Part shown: positions 29,275-38,565 of the stretch, one piece after another
How the letters are laid out: the number at the start of each line of letters is the position of its first letter
Numbering within the stretch: position 1 is the first letter of the stretch
NCBI GenBank assembly: GCA_963812205.1
Contig: CAWEUJ010000004.1
Coordinates: forward strand, 1,257,315-1,321,314
Reading direction: 5' to 3'
DNA length: 64,000 bases
From: an uncultured Actinomycetes bacterium
GTDB lineage: Bacteria; Actinomycetota; Acidimicrobiia; IMCC26256; PALSA-610
Translations under genes and position numbers: made by a program
Notes under the pieces: generated by a model
Told to the model about the DNA's origin: nothing
The model's database searches: none
What the model saw: only the letters and a program-made list of their open reading frames with translations

Positions 29275-30239
29275 CCGAGCTCCTCGACTCCGCGGACGCC
29301 CTTGCACTGCTGCGCGAGATGTTGCGCGTCCGGCGGTTCGAGGAGCGCTGCGTCGAGCTCTACAGCGCGGGACGGATCCGCGGTTTCGTGCACCTCTACA
29401 TCGGCGAGGAAGCCGTGGCGGTGGGCGTACTCGACGCGCTGTCTCCCGACGACGACGTCGTCGCGACCTACCGCGACCACGGTCACGCCCTGGTCCGGGG
29501 CGTGGCCGCGCCGGCGATCATGGCGGAGATGTACGGCCGCCAGGAAGGATGCAGCCGCGGCCGCGGCGGCTCGATGCACCTCTTCGACGTCGCTCATCGC
29601 TTCTACGGCGGCAACGCGATCGTGGCCGGCGGCCTGCCCGTGGCAGTCGGTCTCGCGTTGGCGCGGAAGATGCAGGGCCGCGGCGGTGTCGTTGCGTGCT
29701 TCTTCGGCGAGGGCGCGGTCGCGGAGGGCGAGTTCCACGAGTGCATGAACCTTGCCGCGCTCTGGGAGCTCCCGGTGCTCTTCTGCTGCGAGAACAACCT
29801 GTACGCGATGGGTACGGCACTCGGTCGATCGGAGTCGGAGACCGATCTCGTCCTGAAGGCTTCGAGCTACGAGATGCCGGCGTGGCCGGTGGACGGGATG
29901 GACGTCGTCGCGGTGCGCGGCGCCACCCGGCGCGCGGTCGAGTCGATCCGGGCCGGGGGCGGTCCGCATTTCCTCGAGCTGCGCACGTACCGGTTCCGCG
30001 CCCATTCGATGTACGACCCGGAGCGCTATCGCGACAAGGTCGAGGTCGAGGAGTGGAAGTTGCGCGATCCGATCACGGCGCTGGTCGAGCGCTCCTCGAT
30101 CGGCCCGGACGACGTCGCCGCGCTCGAAGGGGAGATCGCGCAAGAGGTCGACGCCGCGGTCGCGTTCGCGGAGGCCGGAACGCCCGAACCCGTCGAGGAC
30201 CTGACCCGATTCGTGACGAGTGAAGCGGGCCGGACATGA
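29271..30239 (+). CDS. 2-oxoacid (pyruvate/acetoin) dehydrogenase E1 alpha subunit, TPP-dependent
   Basis: 322 aa. It has [32 protein letters not shown] and the GDGA-like TPP motif [14 protein letters not shown]. The start overlaps the acsA stop (ATGA). Confidence 0.9.
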   Translation: MTELLDSADALALLREMLRVRRFEERCVELYSAGRIRGFVHLYIGEEAVAVGVLDALSPDDDVVATYRDHGHALVRGVAAPAIMAEMYGRQEGCSRGRGGSMHLFDVAHRFYGGNAIVAGGLPVAVGLALARKMQGRGGVVACFFGEGAVAEGEFHECMNLAALWELPVLFCCENNLYAMGTALGRSESETDLVLKASSYEMPAWPVDGMDVVAVRGATRRAVESIRAGGGPHFLELRTYRFRAHSMYDPERYRDKVEVEEWKLRDPITALVERSSIGPDDVAALEGEIAQEVDAAVAFAEAGTPEPVEDLTRFVTSEAGRT

Positions 30240-31229
30240 CCGGGGAAACGATCGAGCTCACCTACCGCGAGGCGATGCGCGAAGCGATGCGCGAGGCGAT
30301 GCGCGCCGACCCCCGCGTGTTCCTCATGGGAGAGGACGTCGGCCGCTACGGCGGTTGCTTCGCGGTGAGCCTCGGACTGCTGGAGGAGTTCGGACCCGAC
30401 CGGGTGCGCGATACGCCGCTGTCGGAGTCGGCGTTCGTCGGCGCGGGCATCGGCGCCGCGCTCGGCGGCATGCGCCCGATCGTCGAGATCATGACCGTGA
30501 ACTTCAGCCTGCTCGCGCTCGATCAGATCATGAACAACGCGGCGACGCTGCTGCACATGTCGGGGGGCCAGTGCAACGTGCCGGTCGTCATACGCATGAC
30601 CACGGGCGCCGGCCGCCAGGTCGCGGCGCAGCACTCGCACAGTCTCGAGGGGTGGTACGCGCACATCCCCGGGCTGCGCATCCTTGTGCCCGCGACGGTC
30701 GAGGATGCGCGCGACGATGTTGCGGCCCGCGCTGGAGGACCCGGATCCGGTGCTCATCTTCGAGCACGCGGGCCTCTACAACACCTCCGCCGAGGTCGCG
30801 ACCGATCTCGGAGCCATCGACATCGAGCGAGCGGCCGTGCGCCGGCGCGGCGCCGACGTCACGCTGATCACCTACGGCGGAACCCTGCCGATGACCCTCG
30901 ACGCGGCCGAACGGCTCGCGACCGCCGGGACGGAGGCCGAAGTCGTCGATCTGCGAACGCTTCGCCCGCTCGACGACGAGACGATCATCGATTCCGTGCG
31001 GCGGACACATCGGGCGGTGATCGTCGACGAGGGCTGGCGGAGCGGCTCGATCTCGGCCGAGATCAGCGCCCGGATCATGGAGCAGGCGTTCTACGATCTC
31101 GACGCCCCGGTCGAACGGGTGTGTGGGGCCGAGGTCCCGATGCCGTACGCCAAGCACCTCGAGGAGGCGGCACTCCCCGGCGTGGACGCGATCGTTGCCG
31201 CCGCGACCCGGATGGCGCCGCGTGCCTGA
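30236..31229 (+). pseudogene. 2-oxoacid dehydrogenase E1 beta subunit, frameshifted near 30714
   Basis: ORF 30236.. reads correctly to ...[14 protein letters not shown] and then turns to nonsense. ORF 30684..31229 continues [21 protein letters not shown]... to the end. The junction GCGCGC-GACG-ATG has one base too many or two too few. Confidence 0.8.
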
Positions 31230-32463
31230 GCCGAGCGGGATCTTTCGCATGCCGTCACTGGGCGCCGACATGGATTCGGGCACGGTCCTCGAATGGCTCG
31301 TGCACCCGGGCGACGTGGTGCACCGGGGCGACCTGGTCGCGGTGGTGAAGACCGACAAGGCCGACATCGACGTCGAGATCTTCGAAGACGGCGTGATCGG
31401 CGAGTTGCTCGTCGCGGAGGGAACCGAGGTCGCCGTCGGGACACCGCTCGCGACGCTCGTCGGCTCGGCGCCGGTCGCGCCGCCGGTCGCGCCGCCGGTC
31501 GAGACGCCGGCCGCGCCGCCGCGCCCGGTCGTGGCTCCGGTCGAGACGCCGGTCGAGGCGCCGGAGCCCGTTGCGCCCCGGCCGGCCCCTCGCGTCGTCG
31601 CGCCGCCCCCGCCCGGCCCCGGTGGGCGCGTCATTGCGTCACCGTACGCACGCCGGCGCGCCGCGGAGCTCGGCGTCGACATCGAGGCACTGACGCCGGA
31701 GCGCGCCGGTCATCCGATCTCGGCGGCCGACGTGGAGCGCGTCGCGGCGGCGACGACGACGACAGGGGAGCGAGCGGCCGGCACCGAGCCCGTCGATCAG
31801 GCCGCCGCGATGCGTCGTGCGATCGGCAATCTCATGGCTCGCTCCAAGCGCGAGATCCCGCACTACTACCTCGAACACGACATCGCGTTGACGCACACCC
31901 TCGCGTGGCTCGCATCGCACAATGCCGGGGTCCCGGTGGAGCAGCGGGTGTTGCCGGCGGCGCTGTTCTGCAAGGCGGTGGCCCTCGCGGCCCGTGAGAG
32001 CCCGGCGCTCAACGGCTTCTGGCACAACGACGGGTTCACACCCGGTGCCGGTGTGCACCTCGGAGTCGCCATCGCGCTGCGCGGCGGCGGCCTGGTGGCG
32101 CCCGCGATCCGCGACGCCGACGGGCTCGAGTTGGCAGAGATGATGGCGCGATTGCGCGACCTCACGGCGCGTGCCCGAAGCGGCCGGCTCCGCGGCTCGG
32201 AGATGACCGACGCGACGATCACCGTCACGAACCTCGGCGACCAGGGCGTGCGCGCGGTGTTCGGTGTCATCTATCCCCCGCAGGTCGCGCTCGTCGGCTT
32301 CGGGAAGGTCTCCGAACGTGTGTGGGCCGATGACGGTTCGATGGCGGTGCGCCCGGTCGTGTCGGCCACCCTCTCGGCCGATCACCGCGCCACCGACGGC
32401 CACCTCGGCGCACGGTTCCTGGCCCGTATCGAAAAGCTCCTGCACCGACCGGAGGAATTGTGA
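31222..32463 (+). CDS. Dihydrolipoamide acyltransferase E2 (lipoyl domain, PSBD, catalytic domain)
   Basis: It has the lipoyl motif [12 protein letters not shown], a Pro/Ala linker, the [20 protein letters not shown], and the catalytic DHRATDG. The start is GTG 31222 (overlapping the E1-beta stop) or ATG 31249. Confidence 0.85.
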   Translation: MPEPSGIFRMPSLGADMDSGTVLEWLVHPGDVVHRGDLVAVVKTDKADIDVEIFEDGVIGELLVAEGTEVAVGTPLATLVGSAPVAPPVAPPVETPAAPPRPVVAPVETPVEAPEPVAPRPAPRVVAPPPPGPGGRVIASPYARRRAAELGVDIEALTPERAGHPISAADVERVAAATTTTGERAAGTEPVDQAAAMRRAIGNLMARSKREIPHYYLEHDIALTHTLAWLASHNAGVPVEQRVLPAALFCKAVALAARESPALNGFWHNDGFTPGAGVHLGVAIALRGGGLVAPAIRDADGLELAEMMARLRDLTARARSGRLRGSEMTDATITVTNLGDQGVRAVFGVIYPPQVALVGFGKVSERVWADDGSMAVRPVVSATLSADHRATDGHLGARFLARIEKLLHRPEEL

Positions 32464-32714
32464 GCACAGACGTTTCTGCGGCGATTCGGCGCGCGATCGC
32501 CGGAATCGCCCCCGAAGCCGATCTCGACGCGTTGGCGCCCGATGCCGATCTCCAAGAGGAGCTCGACCTCGACTCGATGGACTTCCTCAACTTCCTCATC
32601 GCGCTCGGGGAGTCCACGGGCGTGCACGTACCGGAGTCGGACTACGCGCAGGTCCGGACCTTCGGCGGTTGCAGCGCCTACGTGAGTGCCCGCCTCGAGG
32701 CCACACAGGGGTGA
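32460..32714 (+). CDS. Acyl carrier protein-like (phosphopantetheine attachment site)
   Basis: 84 aa and acidic. LDLDSMDFLNFLIAL contains the DSx Ser attachment motif at the start of helix 2. The GTG start overlaps the E2 stop (GTGA). Confidence 0.7.
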   Translation: MSTDVSAAIRRAIAGIAPEADLDALAPDADLQEELDLDSMDFLNFLIALGESTGVHVPESDYAQVRTFGGCSAYVSARLEATQG

Positions 32715-33550
32715 GCACCGATCTGCCGGCTCGGCGGCCGCCGCGGTCGCGGCGCCGGATCGTCGTTGCCGTCGTGGTCGTCGTGGCGTTCGTCGCGATC
32801 GTGGTCGTCGTGATCCTTTGGAACCGAAGCGGTGCGCACCAGGCGTCGACGAGCGACGCGCAGCGCCGCTTCGAGCAGAGCTCCGCGACCCAACCGCCGA
32901 ACACGAGCGTGCTCCGACCTGCGGCCGGCGTGTACTCGTATCGCGGTTCCGGAACGGAGCACCTCTCGCTCCCGCCCAAGACGCAGAACCAGGGTCCGCT
33001 GATGCCCGCGACGGTGACGCACCGCACCGACGGCTGTTGGACGTTCCGGATCGACTACAACACCGCGCACTGGCAGACCTGGATCTACTGCCCGCGCAAC
33101 GGCGGCCTGGTCGAGCTCGGCGGTCAGACCTTCGAGCGATGGGACTTCGTGTTCACGAAGTACGACAGCACGTCCACCTTCACGTGTGATCCGCCTTCGG
33201 TCGCGATCCGGGCCACGATGCGTGCCGGCGATCAGTGGCGCCAGACGTGTAGCGGGAAGAGCTCCGGCACGACGGGAACGGCGACGACGTCGGGGCCGTA
33301 CACGTTCGTCGGCCCGGAGAACGTCGTCGTGGGCGGCACGGCGGTTCCCGCCTATCACTTCCGCCAGGTACGTACGCTGAGCGGGAATCAGACCGGGACG
33401 CAGAGCGCCGATCTGTGGTTTGCGGTGAACGACGGCCTTCCATTGCGGAACGAGCGTCAGGTCACCGTGCACACCGACACGGTGATCGGATCGTCGACCT
33501 ACACCGAGAGCGGCAGCTTCGAGCTCACGTCCCTGGTGCCCCAGCACTGA
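32711..33550 (+). CDS. Hypothetical N-terminally membrane-anchored protein
   Basis: 279 aa. The GTG start overlaps the ACP stop (GTGA). It has an Arg-rich N-terminus, a TM helix (IVVAVVVVVAFVAIVVVVILW) and then a Cys-containing extracytoplasmic domain with no motif I recognise. Confidence 0.55.
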   Translation: MSTDLPARRPPRSRRRIVVAVVVVVAFVAIVVVVILWNRSGAHQASTSDAQRRFEQSSATQPPNTSVLRPAAGVYSYRGSGTEHLSLPPKTQNQGPLMPATVTHRTDGCWTFRIDYNTAHWQTWIYCPRNGGLVELGGQTFERWDFVFTKYDSTSTFTCDPPSVAIRATMRAGDQWRQTCSGKSSGTTGTATTSGPYTFVGPENVVVGGTAVPAYHFRQVRTLSGNQTGTQSADLWFAVNDGLPLRNERQVTVHTDTVIGSSTYTESGSFELTSLVPQH

Positions 33551-33566
33551 TCGAGCCGCCGGCCGT

Positions 33567-35999
33567 TCATTCCACGAAGCGCAGCGTGCTCGGCAGGTTC
33601 ATCGCGCGCAGGCGGCGAACGTTCAGCAAAGGGGCGAGCGCAGCGGCGGCGAGTCCGATCGCGATGGTCAGCAGGTACGACGCCGGCGTCACCGCCTGCA
33701 GGACGGCAAGGTCGGGCACGGCGGAGGGGAACACCGTGTCGAGGATCCAGCGCAGGAGCGCGGCGCCGAAGCCGAGGCCCAGCGCGACCCCGACCAGGCC
33801 GAGCAGCATGCTCTCCGTCACCGACATGAGCGCGACGACGCGGACGCGCACACCGAATGCGAACATCGTTGCGTGCTCGCGCGCACGTTCCTCGGCACCG
33901 ATGTGGCTGGCGTTGAACGCGACGAGGAATGCGAGCGACGCGATCACGATCTGCAGGATGACGAAGAAGTTTCCGACGACCGAGAGCAGGTTGCGCATCG
34001 TCTTCGACAGTGAGCCGGCCGAGAGCGCCGACGCGACTCCGGGCATCGCGGCGATCGATTGTTGCAGACGCGACATCGAGACATTCGCTCGTGGTTGGAC
34101 CTTGACGGTGTTGACGATGCCGTCGAGTCCCATGATCTTCTCGACGCCGAGATTCATGAAGGCGACGAATCGGTACGGACTCGTATGCACGCCCGCGACG
34201 GTGATGGTGCTGTCGGCGAAGCGGAAACCGGTACCGACCCGCAGCGGATGGCGCAACGTGATCCGGTCGCCGACGCGAACATGGAGATCGGATGCTGCCT
34301 TCTTGGAGACGACGATGCCATCGCCCTTCACGTGGAGCGCGACGATTGCCGCGGGCGCGGAGAGGCGGCTGTCGAGGTCGACGAGACTGAGCGAGACACC
34401 GAGCGTCGTCCTGCCGTGCACGAGATATCCGCCGGTGTTGAGGCCCGGCTCCGCCTTGCCGACGAGCGCGGAATGTTCGATGCGCTGCACGAGCGGCGAC
34501 GAGACACTCTGGTAGCCGGCGAGATCGACGAGCAACCGATCGCCGGTGGAGCCGGTCAGGATGCGCTCGCCGTTCGAGATCGTCGCCGACGCCGAATCGG
34601 TCGCCCCGAGCGCGGCCAGCAGCGGCGCCATGATGAACGAGATTGCGAGGATCGTGAGCACCGATCGCGCCGGTGCGCGCACGATCCGGCGGACCGGGGC
34701 CTGCAGGGTGATGCTGCCGGGAAGACGCACGCGTCGCAGGAGCCGGGTCAGACGGTGGCCGCCGGTCCGGAGGTGGGGCGGGAGGAGCGCGTCGACGGGC
34801 CGCACCCGCACCGCGCGCCAGACCGGGAACGCGCTCGCGACCAGGGGGACCAGCAGGCCGAGGAGCGCGGCGCGCGCGAAGAGCCCGGCCTGGAACGGAG
34901 TCCGCCACACCGGGAGCGGAGCGCTGTCGCGGATGACGGAGACGATCCAGGTGGCGATCAGCCAACCGGCGCCGACGCCGAGCGACACACCCAAGATCGT
35001 GATCTCGGCCGCGACGAGCATTGTGCGGGCCGCGATCTTGGTGCGCGGTACTCCGAGTGACATCGCGATGCCGATGTCGCGCCGCTGGGCCTCCACGACG
35101 CGCTTCGTCAGGTTGAACGCGGCGAAGCCCGCGCCGGCCAGGATCATCAGCGCGAAGACGTCGAAGAGATGCCGCTCGCTGTCGACCTCGCCGTAGAGCG
35201 CGCGCACCGACGGTTCGTCGCGTCGCGCCGTGACCGTGAGCGCGAGGCCGGGAAGGTCCGTGGCGAGCGATCGCCCGAGCCCGGCGGTCGCGCGCTCGAT
35301 GTCGGTGCCGGGTTCGGCGCGCACGACGATGTCGTCGACTTGACCGGAAACGCCGGCGAGCCGCTCGGCCAACCCGATCGGCGCGAACAGGACGGCACGG
35401 GTCGCCTGTCCCTGGATCGCCTCGCCCGAGGTCGTGTTCAGGTCGAGGTACTCGGGTGACAGCGCGAGGCCGACGTAGTGCACGTCGGTCTCGCCCACGC
35501 GAAGCGTTCCCGCGGCGGGGAGATGGTGCTGGCGCGCGAAGTGCAGGTCGAGGAGCGCGACCGGAGCGCCGGCATCGGCGATCGTGAGGTCGCGGCCCGC
35601 CGTGACCTTCCACTGGTCGATGCGCCGCCCGTGCGCGAGGTCGACGCCGAGCACCTCGCCGGCCGCGGGCACGAGCGACGTCCCGCTCGTCGCGGTGACC
35701 GGCACGTGGACCAACAGGCGCGCTTCGAGGCCCGCGATCCAGGCGCCGCCCGCGGCCGCGACCGCGGCGACGGCGCGATCGCGACCGATCGTCTGTCCGC
35801 CCAGCACCGAAATCCGTACGTCGTGGGCGTTCAGCCGGGCGGCGCTCGCGTCGAGCGAGCTGCGCCGCCATACCGACGTGGACCCGAGGCCCGCATAGAT
35901 ACCGGACCCGAGCGCGATGATCGCGGCGATCGCGATCACCTGGGGCGCGCGCTTGCGCAGGTCGCGACCGGACCACCTCAGCCAGAACCGCAGGCCCAC
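33567..35999 (-). CDS. ABC transporter permease with duplicated FtsX modules (MacB-like, about 10 TM)
   Basis: About 810 aa with two FtsX-type 4-TM blocks and large loops. The start is taken as GTG 35999, 4 nt after the corrected ATPase stop (36004). The ORF track extends to 36074. Confidence 0.8.
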   Translation of the reverse strand: MGLRFWLRWSGRDLRKRAPQVIAIAAIIALGSGIYAGLGSTSVWRRSSLDASAARLNAHDVRISVLGGQTIGRDRAVAAVAAAGGAWIAGLEARLLVHVPVTATSGTSLVPAAGEVLGVDLAHGRRIDQWKVTAGRDLTIADAGAPVALLDLHFARQHHLPAAGTLRVGETDVHYVGLALSPEYLDLNTTSGEAIQGQATRAVLFAPIGLAERLAGVSGQVDDIVVRAEPGTDIERATAGLGRSLATDLPGLALTVTARRDEPSVRALYGEVDSERHLFDVFALMILAGAGFAAFNLTKRVVEAQRRDIGIAMSLGVPRTKIAARTMLVAAEITILGVSLGVGAGWLIATWIVSVIRDSAPLPVWRTPFQAGLFARAALLGLLVPLVASAFPVWRAVRVRPVDALLPPHLRTGGHRLTRLLRRVRLPGSITLQAPVRRIVRAPARSVLTILAISFIMAPLLAALGATDSASATISNGERILTGSTGDRLLVDLAGYQSVSSPLVQRIEHSALVGKAEPGLNTGGYLVHGRTTLGVSLSLVDLDSRLSAPAAIVALHVKGDGIVVSKKAASDLHVRVGDRITLRHPLRVGTGFRFADSTITVAGVHTSPYRFVAFMNLGVEKIMGLDGIVNTVKVQPRANVSMSRLQQSIAAMPGVASALSAGSLSKTMRNLLSVVGNFFVILQIVIASLAFLVAFNASHIGAEERAREHATMFAFGVRVRVVALMSVTESMLLGLVGVALGLGFGAALLRWILDTVFPSAVPDLAVLQAVTPASYLLTIAIGLAAAALAPLLNVRRLRAMNLPSTLRFVE

Positions 36000-36003
36000 G
36001 GCC

Positions 36004-36715
36004 CTACCAGCGCAGTTCCGCGACCGGCACACGGCCGCCGGCCGGCGGACCGTCGGAGACGATCCGACCGCCACTCAACTCGACGACGCGATCGGCCACC
36101 CGCGCGATCTCGCGATTGTGGGTGACGACGAGCACCGTCCGACCGGCCTGCGACTGTTGCTGCAGCAGGCTCAGGATTTGCACGCCGGTGTGGAAGTCGA
36201 GCTCGCCTGTCGGTTCGTCGGCGAGGAGAACCGGGTTGCCGGTCGCCAGCGCTGCGCGCGATCGCGACGCGCTGCTGCTCACCGCCCGAGAGCTCGTGCG
36301 GGTAGTGCTGCACCCGCGCCGCCAGCCCGACGTCCTCGAGTACCTGCAGCGCGCGCTCGGCCGCTCCGCGCCGACCCGAGATCTCGGCGCCGAAGCGGAC
36401 GTTCTCCAGCGCGGTCAGCTCGGGGAAGAGGTTGAACGCCTGGAACACGAAGCTGACGGTCTTTCGGCGGTACTCGAATTGCTCGGCCGTCGACGCGCCG
36501 GTCAGCCGCCGACCCGCGACCTCGATCACACCGGCGCTGGGGGTGTCGAGCGCCCCGATCAGGTTGAGCAGCGTCGTCTTGCCGCTGCCGGACGGTCCGA
36601 GTACCACGAGCAGCTCGCCCACTCCGACCGACAACGTCGCGCCGTCGAGCGCGACGACGACTCCGGCGACCGTGTCGAATCGTTTCGACACGTCCCGTAG
36701 CTCAATGAGCGACAT
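36004..36715 (-). pseudogene. ABC transporter ATP-binding protein, frameshifted near 36253
   Basis: ORF 35978..36715 is correct through Walker A GPSGSGKTT and LSGGEQQRVAIAR, then turns to nonsense. ORF 36004..36282 continues ALATGNPVLLADEPTGELDFHTG...VVTHN. An extra A sits in GCGCGC-A-GCGCTG (T at 36253 on the plus strand). Confidence 0.8.
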
Positions 36716-36781
36716 GGCGTCGGAGTCGATCCGGCGAGACGTAGAGGCCGGGTGCCGATGTGCGGGTACTCGCCATACCGC

Positions 36782-37816
36782 TCAGTAGCGGACGATCAAG
36801 ACGATGCCGCCGTGGTCGAAGAGCGTGCCGTCCGGGACGGTCGTCACCTGTCCGCCGTGCTCGAGGACGGCTTCGATGACCTGGTCGACCGCGTCGTGGT
36901 GCGACTCGGTATCTGCAGCCGCGACACGGAAATTCTCTTCGAGGATCAACTCGTGTCCCCGTCCTTCGAGCGCAGCGGTCAATACCGGGGCGAAGCGCGT
37001 GGCCGCACCGCTTCCGACGGCTTCCTGCGCGCGGCGCACGGCCTCGTCGGACCGGCGTGCGAGCTCCGCCTTCAGCGCCGGTTGCACGACGGCCTCGATG
37101 CTCGCGACGCTGTCCTCGACGTGATTGCCGTGGACTCGCCCGACGACGTCAGCTGCGAACTTCGTCACCTCGTCGAAGTACGCGAGCTCCCGAACCGGCG
37201 CGACGACGACGAGCGGCCGGTGGTCGCGCGCCTGCAGCTCGGCCAGCGCGGTGTCGACCTCTCGTAACACGAATCGATGCGCCTCGGCCTCCTCGTGCTC
37301 GCCGATGGGAAGATCTCGATGGGGCGTGTCCTCTTGCACCGGTGGCGAGAGGTGCAGTGGAAAGCCGTGACCGTGGACCTCACGCAGGCTCGCGCCGATT
37401 GCCTCGAAGCAGCGGGCCCGTTCGGCGGCGAGGACGAGCACCCGCGCGTGCAGCGTCTGGCGGATCGCGTTGACAAGATCGCGGGTCGCGAACGCCTCAC
37501 CGACGACGACGCGGCTGAACACCGGGAACGGCAGGGGCGCGACGTGGGCTTCGTCGGCCGTCACCAGAACGGCAACGGCTTCCGACGGGTGGGCGAGGTC
37601 GACGCCCACGATCGCGGCCTCGATGCGACCGAGCAGCGGCGCGACGAGCCGCTCGTCGTACGTGTTCAACACGGCGTCGATCGCCTCCTTGCGGAGTGCT
37701 TCGAGGCGGCGCGGATCCTCCAGGTTGCCCGGACGGCGCCGGTCCAGCCGGCACAGGATCGACACGGCGGGGTTCCCGCGAACCTCCGCGAGCTTCTCGA
37801 TGTCGGTCATGTCCAT
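36782..37816 (-). CDS. eRF1-like (bacterial archaeo-eukaryotic release factor, baeRF) family protein, Rv2629-like
   Basis: 344 aa. The pattern AVSILCRLDRRRPGN..., ARVLVLAAERARCFEA..., ELILEENF..., GGIVLIVRY resembles the eRF1/Pelota-like actinobacterial proteins. This assignment is from memory of the family, not from a search. Confidence 0.5.
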   Translation of the reverse strand: MDMTDIEKLAEVRGNPAVSILCRLDRRRPGNLEDPRRLEALRKEAIDAVLNTYDERLVAPLLGRIEAAIVGVDLAHPSEAVAVLVTADEAHVAPLPFPVFSRVVVGEAFATRDLVNAIRQTLHARVLVLAAERARCFEAIGASLREVHGHGFPLHLSPPVQEDTPHRDLPIGEHEEAEAHRFVLREVDTALAELQARDHRPLVVVAPVRELAYFDEVTKFAADVVGRVHGNHVEDSVASIEAVVQPALKAELARRSDEAVRRAQEAVGSGAATRFAPVLTAALEGRGHELILEENFRVAAADTESHHDAVDQVIEAVLEHGGQVTTVPDGTLFDHGGIVLIVRY

Positions 37817-37925
37817 CGAACGCCTCCTCGTTGTGGCCGGGTCCAGCGTGGGCTGTTCCGGCCCCCGAAGCCAGAGCCGAGGGCCTCGGTCGGCGCGGAC
37901 GTTCGGCCCTACTCGCGGTGCACCC

Positions 37926-38438
37926 TCAAAGGACGCGTTGCATCAAGACCAGCTCGAGCCAACGGTCGAACTTGCGGCCTACCTCCGGCATTCGTGCCAC
38001 GGTCGCAAATCCGAGCCGTTCATGGAAAGCGATCGAATCGGTGTTGGCGCCGTCCACGGCTGCGACCATGACGTGGACGGCGTTGGCGCGGGCCCGTTCG
38101 ATCAATGCTTCGAGCAACGATCGGCCGAGGCCTCGACCCCAATAGTGCTCGTGGACGTGGACGGTGTGCTCGACGGTGTGGCGATAGCCGGGCCACTTGC
38201 CCGAGCCTCGAAAGCTTCCGTAAGCCGTGAAACCGACCACCTTTCCGGCGACCTCCGCGACGAGGACCGGGTACCCGCAGCGCTGCTGACGGCGAAACCA
38301 CGCCTGGCGCTCCCGAAGCGTCTGCAACGAGTCGGTCCACGCCACAGTCGTCGTCGGGATCAAGGCGTTGTAGAGGTCCCGCAACGCCGGCATGTCGCCG
38401 TCAATCGCGTCGCGAAGGTTCGAATACCTCGATTCCAA
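37926..38438 (-). CDS. GNAT N-acetyltransferase (phosphinothricin acetyltransferase-like)
   Basis: 170 aa. It has the acetyl-CoA binding motif HVHEHYWGRGLGRSLLEALIERA and a PAT-like N-terminus. Confidence 0.85.
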   Translation of the reverse strand: MESRYSNLRDAIDGDMPALRDLYNALIPTTTVAWTDSLQTLRERQAWFRRQQRCGYPVLVAEVAGKVVGFTAYGSFRGSGKWPGYRHTVEHTVHVHEHYWGRGLGRSLLEALIERARANAVHVMVAAVDGANTDSIAFHERLGFATVARMPEVGRKFDRWLELVLMQRVL

Positions 38439-38565
38439 GATGTACAGACTGCCCGATCGCGCGCTGTCCCGGCGAACGCATGACCGTGGTGGCGCGTGGG
38501 TGTGAGCTGTGGACGGCCGCTCATAACTTGCCCATCAATGGGAATTTCTTTGATGCTCGTCGGTG

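Noticed and set aside
33499-35976. 825-aa minus-strand ORF alternative to the FtsX permease frame
   Set aside because: It is Arg-rich low complexity. The overlapping frame 33567..35999 has recognisable FtsX modules and TM helices.
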